From Clostridiales bacterium (lineage in GTDB: Bacteria > Bacillota > Clostridia > Saccharofermentanales > DTU023): a stretch of DNA of 64,000 bases. This document shows positions 47,592-56,177 of the stretch, in pieces. The position numbers and the translations under genes were made by a program. A model generated the notes under the pieces. The model was not told the origin of the DNA and ran no database searches. It saw nothing but the letters and a program-made list of their open reading frames with translations. The stretch is from the NCBI GenBank assembly GCA_004556455.1, contig SFGY01000001.1, positions 160,181-224,180 of the forward strand, given 5' to 3'. How positions within the stretch are numbered: the stretch's first letter is position 1; each line of letters starts with the position of its first letter.

Positions 47592-48209
47592 ATGAAAAAT
47601 TTCGAAAAGTTTTTGAGAGGTACGATGGTCATGTTTTTTCTACCAGCTATTGTGACACAGGCCGTTGGTTCGGAAGATGATTGGGCATTTATTCATAGGC
47701 TTTACCAGAATTATGCCATTTTTCTCTTCTTCCAAGCGAGAAAGTATGATGTACCCATGATGAATGCAGAAGATATTGTTCAGGAAACGATGTTGCGTGT
47801 CATTGAAAATCTGGAAAAATATCGTTCGCTTCCTTGTAACACCTGGCCAGCCTTATTCGTTTCTATTATCAGAAATATTGCCATTGATGCTTTGCGGAAA
47901 TCAGGACATGAAATATTGACCAGCGAAAATGATTTGCTTGAAAATACAGAAAAAGCAGAGCAGGTGCTTCAAAACGTTGAGGAACGTCTCAATCGGGAAA
48001 CTGAATATCAGGAGTTACGAGACGCCTTGAACCGTTTGGATCATAAAGAACTTGATATACTGCGATCAAAATATTTGCTGGAAGAATCGGATGCCACTAT
48101 TGGCAAAAGATATGGTCTAAAAGCCGCCAGCGTGCGTGTTTATCTGATGAGGATCCGATGTAAACTAAGAAAGATGATGGAGGAGGGAAGAAACAATGGC
48201 CAGGACTAA
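47592..48209 (+). CDS. ECF-type (group 4) sigma-70 family RNA polymerase sigma factor
   Basis: Region 2 is NAEDIVQETMLRVIENLEKYRS. Region 4 HTH is LDHKELDILRSKYLLEESDATIGKRYGLKAASVRVYLMRIRCKLRK. Given the promoter geometry, ATG 47625 (GAGAGG 4 nt upstream) is an alternative start. Confidence 0.9.
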   Translation: MKNFEKFLRGTMVMFFLPAIVTQAVGSEDDWAFIHRLYQNYAIFLFFQARKYDVPMMNAEDIVQETMLRVIENLEKYRSLPCNTWPALFVSIIRNIAIDALRKSGHEILTSENDLLENTEKAEQVLQNVEERLNRETEYQELRDALNRLDHKELDILRSKYLLEESDATIGKRYGLKAASVRVYLMRIRCKLRKMMEEGRNNGQD

Positions 48210-48936
48210 AGATACAAGTTGTGATTGGTATGACTTGAGACATGCCCTGCTTGAACAGGCAAAACGCGAGAGCGCTGAGCTTCTGGCTGAACTTCCCGAA
48301 GATCTGCGTCCCGTATCTCCAGATATAGATGCTAAGATACATACTGCCTTAAAGTGCGAATTAAGGAAAAAACACTTCCTTACTTTTGGCAGAAAGCTCT
48401 ATCCGGCCATTAGTAAAATTGCTCTTATCTTCCTTGCCTTATTTCTGATCTGTGTCCTGCTGGTCACACAGGTGTCTGCACTGCGCAAGAGGTTTTATGA
48501 CTGGATTATCAGTACACAAACAGATCACATTGAATTACGGGAGAGTAAAGAGCCATTAACGATAAATGAAAAGAATAATGAAGAACAGTATATCCGAGGT
48601 ATGGCATCTATTTATTTGACCTATGTACCTCACGATCTTACTTTGCATCATGAGGAAGTGACGGAGATTTCGCGAACCTTGGTGTACCAGGAGAGGGATA
48701 GTATTAATCATCGTTTTACCATCAATGCACTCAGAAAAAACAGTACTATTCAAATTGACAATAGTGCTCTGAAGGAAGTTGAGATCAAGGGAGGGGTACC
48801 TGCATACCTGACAGAGAACAAAGGTGAAATATCGCTCATTTGGTCATTGAATGATTATTTGATCACTGTAAGCAGCACACTAGGTGAAGAAGAAACAATG
48901 CGCATTGCTGAGGGTCTAAGTTTGGATTTGCGCTGA
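48196..48936 (+). CDS. Single-pass membrane anti-sigma factor candidate (DUF4367-like extracytoplasmic domain)
   Basis: It has a 14-nt overlap with the sigma gene. The protein has a ~75-aa cytoplasmic N-terminus and one TM (ISKIALIFLALFLICVLLV). The extracytoplasmic domain ends ..ISLIWSLNDYLITVSSTLGEEETMRIAEGLSL, a pattern I associate with DUF4367 anti-sigma proteins of Firmicutes. Confidence 0.75.
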   Translation: MARTKDTSCDWYDLRHALLEQAKRESAELLAELPEDLRPVSPDIDAKIHTALKCELRKKHFLTFGRKLYPAISKIALIFLALFLICVLLVTQVSALRKRFYDWIISTQTDHIELRESKEPLTINEKNNEEQYIRGMASIYLTYVPHDLTLHHEEVTEISRTLVYQERDSINHRFTINALRKNSTIQIDNSALKEVEIKGGVPAYLTENKGEISLIWSLNDYLITVSSTLGEEETMRIAEGLSLDLR

Positions 48937-49077
48937 TCTGGCTCTGGACAACATGCTCTGAGCATTGAAGCTATTTCCCTATATTTGCTGATTTAGATTG
49001 AAATAATATTTATGGTGTAAATGATATACTTATGTTTTAAATGCGTAAATTAGGTTAATCATCTCAAAATTTTCAGC

Positions 49078-49130
49078 AAAAAAGGGAGCTGACTCGTTAC
49101 ACTTTCGTGTTTTGAGTCAGCTCCCTTTTT
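49078..49130. terminator. Bidirectional rho-independent terminator between convergent genes
   Basis: A6-GGGAGCTGACTC...GAGTCAGCTCCC-T5 forms a 12-bp GC-rich stem with an inner ACAC/GTGT extension. It is flanked by an A-run and a T-run. Confidence 0.8.
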
Positions 49131-49200
49131 ACATTGAATTTTCTCAAGGCATTTTCGGATACTGTAAACAAGCTAAGCAGGGAAGATGCTCTTCTCCAGC

Positions 49201-50993
49201 TTATTTACCCAGCTGTGCGTCATTCATGTTGCTCTGGCTGCCCCAGCACTCAAGCATATTGACGGGGTCGTTGTAGTCTGCGACAAGGCCTCCGCGAGCG
49301 ACCATGAAGTGGCCAGCGGCGCGTTCATTGAGGAAGGTAGCCCAGTCCATCTGATCAATGGTCATCGTAATGCCCACTTCGGCAAGATCCTGCTGGATCA
49401 GCTCGGCGATTTTCTGATGGGATTCAGATTTGTTCGTCAGATAGTCCAGGTGAAGCGGGGTGGCAGAGGAGAGCTTATCTCCGTCGAATTCAAAGCCAGC
49501 CTCTTTAAGTAGTTCGATGGCTTTGTCATTATCCACTTCAAGACTGTAGTAGCCTTTTTCGTCGGCGACGGGATAGCTGTAATCCTCGTCATTCTCACGG
49601 AAAATTCCACCGTGGCCATCACTCATCCCTTCGGGAACAAAGGCGTTGGCCAAAATCTGTCCAGCCTGCGTCACGGTGTCCACGATGTATGCGCGGTCAA
49701 TCAGACAGGCTATGGCTTTGCGCATGGCTTTGGCCTGCTCCAGGGTTTTGCCGTCAAAGAGATCGGACTTCACATTAAAGGTGATGTAATAGGTGCCTAA
49801 AAGGGAAACCTTGTGCACCTCAGGATTATTCTCTTTAAGCAGAGCCGGAAGTTCGTCAGTGGGAATGCCATTGCTAAAGTCCAGATCGCCGGCTTTGTAG
49901 GCGGAGAAGGCCGTGGCGACATCGTTTGTGAGCATCTGATTGAGCGTCTCTATTTTGACTTCATCAGCACGGTGGTAATTCGGATTTTTTTCGAATGTCA
50001 TGGATTCTTTGTGTTTCCACTCCTTCATGACAAAAGGTCCGTTGCTGACAAAGCCTGCATCGCTGCACCAACTCCCGGGATTGATGATTTTCCCATTTTC
50101 ATCCCGGTAGCCTTTGCCATTTTCGACACTGGCCTTCTGTACGGGGAAAAGCTGGGGAAGGCACATAGGTCGAGGAAATACGGGCATGGGACTTTAAGTT
50201 TGACGGTCAGCGTCTGTCCATCCTCCGAAGCATGAACATTCAGTTTGTCCGCCATCTCATCGGCAAATTCAGGGCTGATTTCCTTGCCTGGTGTCCCATC
50301 TTCCTTAGGCAGGTATTCTGGCGGAAGCTCGGGATAACCTTCAATGATATTGAAGATATAAGCTTTATCCGCAGCCGTCAAAAAGTTTACTGCACGCTTC
50401 CAGGTGTAAACAAAGTCGTTGGCGTTCAGAGGGCTGTCATCAGACCACTTTAAGTCCGGACGCAAATGGAAACTGTAGACCAGACCGTCATCACTGACTT
50501 CATAGCTGTCCACCAGATCGGGGACAATTTCTTTGTCTTTATTGTAGGTGAAAAGTCCTGCAAACAAATTCACAATCAGGCAGTTCCCATCGACCGCAGT
50601 ATTCAGAGAAGGATCGATGGTTTCCGGTTCTTCCGCGAGGAAAAGATTCAGTTCTTTACGATCACCACATTCAGCCTGGCCAAAATAAAGAATATTGTAT
50701 GGATTGACGTAATAGCCCTGCAAATCCTCTTTCGCCATAAAAGTTGAGTTGTAATAGTAGATGGGGATGCAGGCTCCGGTATCCATCAGCATATCTTCCG
50801 CCTGATGCAGAAGGGCCTCACGCTTTTCAAAATCCACTTTGTTTTTTATTTTATCAATGAGTTCGTCATAGGGCTTCCAGTCCGGAAGTTCGACCTTTGC
50901 CTCTACCTGGACAGGCCAGGCGGCCGCCAGAAAAGTGAAAAGGCAAAATGCGGCAATCACAAGTGCCAGAAAACGCTTTGTCTTCATGTCCAT
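49201..50993 (-). pseudogene. Oligopeptide/dipeptide ABC substrate-binding lipoprotein-like gene (family 5 SBP), disrupted by a 1-nt frameshift
   Basis: Two overlapping ORFs (50025-51083 and 49201-50187) carry the N- and C-terminal halves of one SBP. Restoring one T in the minus-strand run TTTTCCCC (plus GGGGAAAA, 50143-50150) joins ..DLCAFPSF to FPVQKASVENGKG.. in a single frame. AAGAGG lies 6 nt before ATG 50993 (MDMKTKRFLALVIAAF...). Confidence 0.8.
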
Positions 50994-51223
50994 TACAAAC
51001 CTCTTTCCTTTGATGATGCTTCTCAGAATTTTTGCACGAAATAAAAAAGAAGATAGATATCCTTTCATTATTTTAAGGTGCAAGAATAATTAGAATTCCT
51101 AATAATATTAACTCGTCAGCAAAAGTGAAGTCAATCGATGACATAGGAGCAGGAACGAGATATTTTGTGGAATCAGGGAAGGAAGTGGGCAGCAATCAGG
51201 ACCCGTGCTTTTCTTTAAATTAT

Positions 51224-52267
51224 TCAGTCAGATGGCACAGATTCTATTGATTTTTCAGTTTCCTGATATAAGTCCTGCTTGCGCAGCTGATTCAGCGGGT
51301 TTTGGGCGACCGCTTTTTGCAGCATTTTATCGTTAATATGGGTATAAATCTCCGTGGTGGCGACCGATTCGTGTCCCAGGATCTGCTGCAGGCTGCGCAG
51401 GTCAACCTGACCGTACTGATACATCAACGTTGCGGCAGTATGACGTAGTTTGTGTGCGGAATAGCGTTTGGGATCAAGCCCGGCTTTCAGCAAATATTTT
51501 TTGACGACATTTTCGACGGCCCTCTGGGAAATGCGCCGCCCATTCCGGCTGATAAAGAGAGCATTCTCGTCCGGCTTTTTTCCGGGAACTCTCTCTTCCA
51601 GCCACTCTGTCAGAGCTTCGATGCATAGCTCGTTGAGGTAAACTGTGCGCTCTTTGTGGCCTTTGCCAATGACACTGAGGCGCTCGCCGCGAATATCATC
51701 GACATCGATACCAACAAGTTCAGAAAGTCGCATGCCACAGTTTAAGAAGAGGGTCAGAATGCAGTAATCACGGGTTCCCAGGCGCGTGTCCTCGTCGGCA
51801 GCTGAGCGAAGCAGAGCAGTGCTTTCCTCCAGATCAAGAAATCTGGGGAGGGATTTCATCTGTTTTGGCGCTTCCAGCTCGGCCGTGGGGTTCGTGTCAA
51901 TCACATGGACCTTGTTGCTGAGGAAGTTGAAAAAAGCTCGCAGAGAAGAGACCCGCCTGGCTCTTGCGGCTGGGCCATTATTTCGCTCCAGACTGAGCCA
52001 GGAGATAAAACGGTAGATATCGCCGAGTGTAACCTCGCGCAGCAGATTTTCGTCGATATCTTCGAGGTCGATGTCCGCCAGTTCTGTGTGGGCGGGACAA
52101 AGGCCCTTTGTCCTTTTATACCAGCGGAAAAAGAGGCGAAGATCATAATGATATTCACGCATGGTGGTTGCTGAGCGCTCGCGCACGCCGGAAAAGTAGC
52201 TGAGAAATTCATCCAGCCAATGGAAGCTATCGCTGACAGGTCTGGTATTTTCCCGATCCTGGCTCAA
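51224..52267 (-). CDS. Tyrosine-type site-specific recombinase (XerC/XerD-like)
   Basis: The catalytic set is present: R in NCGMRLSEL, K in GKGHKERTV, HKLRHTAAT (H-x-x-R), and GHESVATTEIYTH (H and nucleophile Y). The N-terminal SAM-like domain has EYHYDLRLFFRW. Confidence 0.88.
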   Translation of the reverse strand: MSQDRENTRPVSDSFHWLDEFLSYFSGVRERSATTMREYHYDLRLFFRWYKRTKGLCPAHTELADIDLEDIDENLLREVTLGDIYRFISWLSLERNNGPAARARRVSSLRAFFNFLSNKVHVIDTNPTAELEAPKQMKSLPRFLDLEESTALLRSAADEDTRLGTRDYCILTLFLNCGMRLSELVGIDVDDIRGERLSVIGKGHKERTVYLNELCIEALTEWLEERVPGKKPDENALFISRNGRRISQRAVENVVKKYLLKAGLDPKRYSAHKLRHTAATLMYQYGQVDLRSLQQILGHESVATTEIYTHINDKMLQKAVAQNPLNQLRKQDLYQETEKSIESVPSD

Positions 52268-52638
52268 TTTTTATCCTTAACCTTTCATGATTCTGCCCGG
52301 CAGCAGAGACCTGATCGCCGGGTTTTCATGGTCCGCAATTTGGCTGCAGCTCTTGCCAGCCAAGCCATTAACGCTCATTTTTAATTCATTATAACTGGAG
52401 CATGTTGCAAGCCCTTTACAGGAAGAGAAAACAGAGGCGAAGGGGCTTTTATGTTAAAATAATGAAGTACAGGCTGTTTTCGTTAAAGCGGCCTGCAGAT
52501 CTGCGGGTACCGGTCGATTTTTTATTTCGCCCTGCAGCCCTGCAGGCATTCTTCAACTTTTATATCGGCCTGAGGGATCTGCGAGTGTCAGCGCAGTTTC
52601 GTGATGTGGACTGCAAGCCCTGTGAAAGGAGTTTTCTC

Positions 52639-53724
52639 TTGAAAAGAAAGTTCAGAGTTGGAATTGTCGGGGCGACCGGCTATGTTGGGCAGCGTCTTGT
52701 GGCCTTGTTGGAAGATCATCCCTGGTTTGAACTTGGGGCGTTGGCTGCGGGTATTCATTCAGCAGACAAGACCTACGCAGAAGCTGTCGAGGGACGCTGG
52801 AAGCTACCTGTACCGATTCCGGTTAACGCCAGAGATTTACGTATTTTCCCGAGCGAGAGACTGCACGAATTTTGTGAAGAGCTGGATTTTGCCTTCTGTG
52901 CGGTCGATATGGAGAAAGAAGAACTGATCACTCTGGAAAGAAGCCTTGCTCTTGAGGAGATTCCGGTGATTTCAAACAATTCAGCACATCGCTGGACAAG
53001 CGATGTGCCCATGATCATCCCCGAGGTCAATCCAGAACATCTGCAAATTCTGGAAGAGCAAAAAAAGCGCCTGGGAACCCATCGTGGCTTCATTGTCACC
53101 AAGCCGAACTGTTCTGTGCAAAGTTTTCTGCCTGCCCTCACGCCGCTCAGAGACCTTGGTCTTGAACAGGTTTTTGTCACGACCTTTCAAGCTGTTTCCG
53201 GAGCCGGGCGAAAACTGGAGGAATGGCCGGAAATTCAGGGAAATGTTATCCCCTATATCAGTGGTGAAGAGGAGAAGACCGAGCTGGAGCCCCTGAAAAT
53301 ATGGGGAGAACTTACGGAAGAGGGAATTCGTATGGCGGAAAAGCCGCTCTTTTCCGGACAGTGTACCCGAGTTCCCGTGCAGGAAGGACATCTTGCCATG
53401 GTTCTTGTGCGTTTCCGCAAGAACTGCGATGCCAATGAAATACTGCGACGCTGGCGCAACTGGTTGCCTTACCCCCAGAAAATCGATCTGCCTTCCGCAC
53501 CCAAGCCTTTTTTACGCTATCTGGAAGAAGATGACCGTCCGCAGCCCAAATTGGATGTGCTGTCTCGCAGGGGCATGGGGATCACCATCGGTAATCTGCG
53601 GGAAGATGCGATTTTGGATTATAAATTCACCTGCCTTTCACACAATACTTTGCGTGGAGCTGCCGGTGGGAGTATTCTCACTGCAGAACTTTTAGTTCAT
53701 GACGGCTATATCAGTCATAAATAA
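52639..53724 (+). CDS. asd: Aspartate-semialdehyde dehydrogenase
   Basis: RVGIVGATGYVGQRLVALL (NAD(P) fold), the active-site Cys in TKPNCS, and QAVSGAG. AAAGGAG at 52625-52631 lies 7 nt before TTG 52639. The ORF-track ATG at 52402 adds 79 non-homologous residues. Confidence 0.92.
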   Translation: MKRKFRVGIVGATGYVGQRLVALLEDHPWFELGALAAGIHSADKTYAEAVEGRWKLPVPIPVNARDLRIFPSERLHEFCEELDFAFCAVDMEKEELITLERSLALEEIPVISNNSAHRWTSDVPMIIPEVNPEHLQILEEQKKRLGTHRGFIVTKPNCSVQSFLPALTPLRDLGLEQVFVTTFQAVSGAGRKLEEWPEIQGNVIPYISGEEEKTELEPLKIWGELTEEGIRMAEKPLFSGQCTRVPVQEGHLAMVLVRFRKNCDANEILRRWRNWLPYPQKIDLPSAPKPFLRYLEEDDRPQPKLDVLSRRGMGITIGNLREDAILDYKFTCLSHNTLRGAAGGSILTAELLVHDGYISHK

Positions 53725-53766
53725 ACTCTGCTTTTTACGTTTGAAAGCCGGGAAAGAGAAGATTGC

Positions 53767-54768
53767 ATGATTACCATTAAAGATATTGCCAAAGAAGCCG
53801 GCGTGTCTTATGCCACAGTCTCCCGCGCGCTCAATCAGCGCAGCGATGTCAACGAAAAAACACGCAGGCGAATTCTGGAACTGGCTGAAAAGATGGGCTA
53901 TCAGCCTAATATGATTGCCCGTTCACTGGTGAACCGTAAAACAAATATTATTGCCTTGATCGTTCCCGACGTCTCAAATCCTTATTTTGCCGATATTTCC
54001 CGAGCTGTGAGTGAAGCGGCCCAAGTTGACGGCTATACCACCATGGTCTGCAATACCGGCTGGGATCCCAAAAAAGAGCAGGAAATGCTTCACCTGATGG
54101 AAGAGCAGCGGGTGGCTGGGGTCATCATCAAACCAACGGCCTTTTACAAGCCAGGAACCTTCGAGAGCATACGCATCCCGCTGGTCGTCCTCTGGCATCC
54201 CACAGACGATAAATGCAGTTACATCGAGATCAATCACCGTAAAGGCGCGGCACTGGCCACCGAGCATCTGATTTCCAGGGGCTTTCGCCGCATTGCCTAC
54301 CTGGGTGGCCAGGGCACCTCTCCAGCCAACCAGATTCGCCAGATGAGCTGGCAGGAATGTCTGGAAAAACATAATCTGCCGGTTTTTCCTGAATATATCA
54401 CGCAGGGCGGCTTTGATTTCCGCAGCGGTTACGAGCGCATTGAAGCCCTCGCGCGAAAGGGGAGTATGCCCGACGCCGTATTCTGTGGCAACGATTACAT
54501 CGCCTTAGGTGTCCTCGAATATGCGCGCGAGCACCATCTCGATTGCCCGGAGAAATTCGGTATTGTTGGCTACGACGACATCTATTTTGCCTCACTGCCT
54601 ATGATTCGTCTCACCACAGTGCGTCAACCGCGCGATCTGCTTGGACGCAAGGCAGTGGAACTCCTGAATGCCGGCATAGCTGCGCAGGAAGAGGGAAGTG
54701 AAGGGAAGAAGCAGCAAAAGATGGAGAATATCCTGATTGATCCGGTGCTCATGCAACGGGACAGCTGA
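53767..54768 (+). CDS. LacI-family transcriptional regulator
   Basis: MITIKDIAKEAGVSYATVSRALN (HTH_LacI) and a periplasmic-binding-protein-like core (..VGYDDIYFA..TTVRQP). Confidence 0.92.
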   Translation: MITIKDIAKEAGVSYATVSRALNQRSDVNEKTRRRILELAEKMGYQPNMIARSLVNRKTNIIALIVPDVSNPYFADISRAVSEAAQVDGYTTMVCNTGWDPKKEQEMLHLMEEQRVAGVIIKPTAFYKPGTFESIRIPLVVLWHPTDDKCSYIEINHRKGAALATEHLISRGFRRIAYLGGQGTSPANQIRQMSWQECLEKHNLPVFPEYITQGGFDFRSGYERIEALARKGSMPDAVFCGNDYIALGVLEYAREHHLDCPEKFGIVGYDDIYFASLPMIRLTTVRQPRDLLGRKAVELLNAGIAAQEEGSEGKKQQKMENILIDPVLMQRDS

Positions 54769-54798
54769 TAGATCACACAAAGGAAAAGGCAGAAAGAC

Positions 54799-55635
54799 GT
54801 GAGCGAAGTGAGCCAAAACAGTGAGAGCATCAGTGCAGCTCGTGAACAGGAGAACTCGATCAGTCCGGAACTTTTTGATGAGCAACTTTTGAAACTCGTC
54901 ATTACTCTGGGTCATTGTCTCCAAAAATGTGCCGCGGAAACCTATCGCGTGGAGGAGAGTTGCAGTTATTTGCTTAACGCGTACGGCTGTACGGATGTTG
55001 AGGTTTTTGCGGTGGCCAATTATATTTCTCTGGCTTTCACAGGACCCAGCGGAAAAGAATTCTCGGCACAGAAACGTTTGCACATGAGGAGTGATAATTT
55101 ACGTAAAATTGACCTTCTGAATGCAAAAACCCGGCAAATTTGTGAGTTAAAGCCCTCCCCTGAACAGGCCTTAAAAGAAATTGAAGCCATTGATGCTCTT
55201 CCTTCCTACTCTTTTCCCGCGCAAGTCCTGATCTGTGGTCTTGTCGGTTTCGGTTTTACCTTTCTGCTCAAAGGCAGTCTGGCGGCCTGTACCTATGCCT
55301 TTGGCATTGATGTCGTTCTGCGCCTTCTTCTTGAGCTATTTTACAAAGAGCAGACCAACCGTATTTTTGTGAACATTATCGGCGGCATGATCGTGACCTT
55401 TCTGGCCTGGCCCTGCCGTTATCTGGGGCTTGCAGACGAAATGAATTACATCGTTGCCGGCTCTTTTATGTATCTTTTCCCGGGCATCGCCCTCATGAAC
55501 AGCATACGCGATATCATTGCTTCAGATTATCTCGCCGGACTGACCAAGTTACTCGAAACAATTCTTGTGGCCATGAGTATCGCCATCGGATCCGGTCTCG
55601 CCCTCAGTCTCTTGAATCACTGGGGCGGCATGTAA
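54799..55635 (+). CDS. Threonine/serine exporter family protein (ThrE, DUF1212-type subunit)
   Basis: A soluble N-terminal region is followed by five hydrophobic helices. The ..AETYRVEES...L.A.G pattern and ..LFPGIALMNSIRD.. are typical of the ThrE family. Confidence 0.85.
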   Translation: MSEVSQNSESISAAREQENSISPELFDEQLLKLVITLGHCLQKCAAETYRVEESCSYLLNAYGCTDVEVFAVANYISLAFTGPSGKEFSAQKRLHMRSDNLRKIDLLNAKTRQICELKPSPEQALKEIEAIDALPSYSFPAQVLICGLVGFGFTFLLKGSLAACTYAFGIDVVLRLLLELFYKEQTNRIFVNIIGGMIVTFLAWPCRYLGLADEMNYIVAGSFMYLFPGIALMNSIRDIIASDYLAGLTKLLETILVAMSIAIGSGLALSLLNHWGGM

Positions 55636-55656
55636 GGCAGGGAGGAGGGAAGAAGC

Positions 55657-56127
55657 ATGTTTATCCTACAAGCTGCCATCGCCGCCTTTATAGCTTCACT
55701 CGCTTATGCCATGGTTTTTGAACTGCGCGGAAAGACCTTATTTCTGACCAGCCTCGGCGGAGCCATTTCCTGGGTCGGCTATAAGCTCATCCTTCTCATA
55801 CCTGATGTACACTACTTGCTGCCCTTTTTGATTGGAACCATCCTCAGCTCCATTTATGCTGAAGTCATGGCCCGCCTGCTCAAAAAACCCGCAACTGTCT
55901 TTTTGATTGTCGCCATGCTGCCTCTGGTCCCGGGACAGGGCATCTACGAAACCATGGTCGCTTTTGTGACCGGAAACAACTCCCTGGGTGCCAGGATCGG
56001 AGGCCAGACTCTGGCCATTACGGCGACGCTGGCCATTGGCATGCTGATGACCTCCACCATATTTCGACTCGTGATGAAATTAAACCGGCATGTCAGTCAG
56101 TGGGAACACAGCAAGAAAATCCGCTGA
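55657..56127 (+). CDS. Threonine/serine exporter family protein, small subunit (DUF3815-type)
   Basis: 156 aa with four or five TM helices, including ..MLPLVPGQGIY.. It is adjacent to the DUF1212-type partner, as is usual for this pair. Confidence 0.8.
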   Translation: MFILQAAIAAFIASLAYAMVFELRGKTLFLTSLGGAISWVGYKLILLIPDVHYLLPFLIGTILSSIYAEVMARLLKKPATVFLIVAMLPLVPGQGIYETMVAFVTGNNSLGARIGGQTLAITATLAIGMLMTSTIFRLVMKLNRHVSQWEHSKKIR

Positions 56128-56177
56128 GCTCGATCTGGCTTAATAGCATAAAAATTCAGAGGAGGGGGGAACCGTAT

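Noticed and set aside
51084-51223. A dif-like Xer recombination site, or a CodY box, in the AT-rich stretch AATTAGAATTCCTAATAATATTAACT next to the recombinase gene.
   Set aside because: Alignment by eye to the B. subtilis and E. coli dif arms gives only about 7 of 11 matches in one arm and a poor second arm. The similarity to the CodY consensus AATTTTCWGAAAATT is also weak. The near-palindrome TTAGAATTCCTAA is probably just part of the promoter region of the OppA-like gene.
52488-52548. A cluster of restriction-site palindromes: CTGCAG, AGATCT, GGTACC, ACCGGT, and CTGCAG/CCTGCAGG. It looks like a cloning-vector polylinker.
   Set aside because: The flanking sequence is continuous native DNA (xer on one side, the asd SD and start on the other). 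No other vector features are present. The palindromes are better explained as stems of a structured leader.
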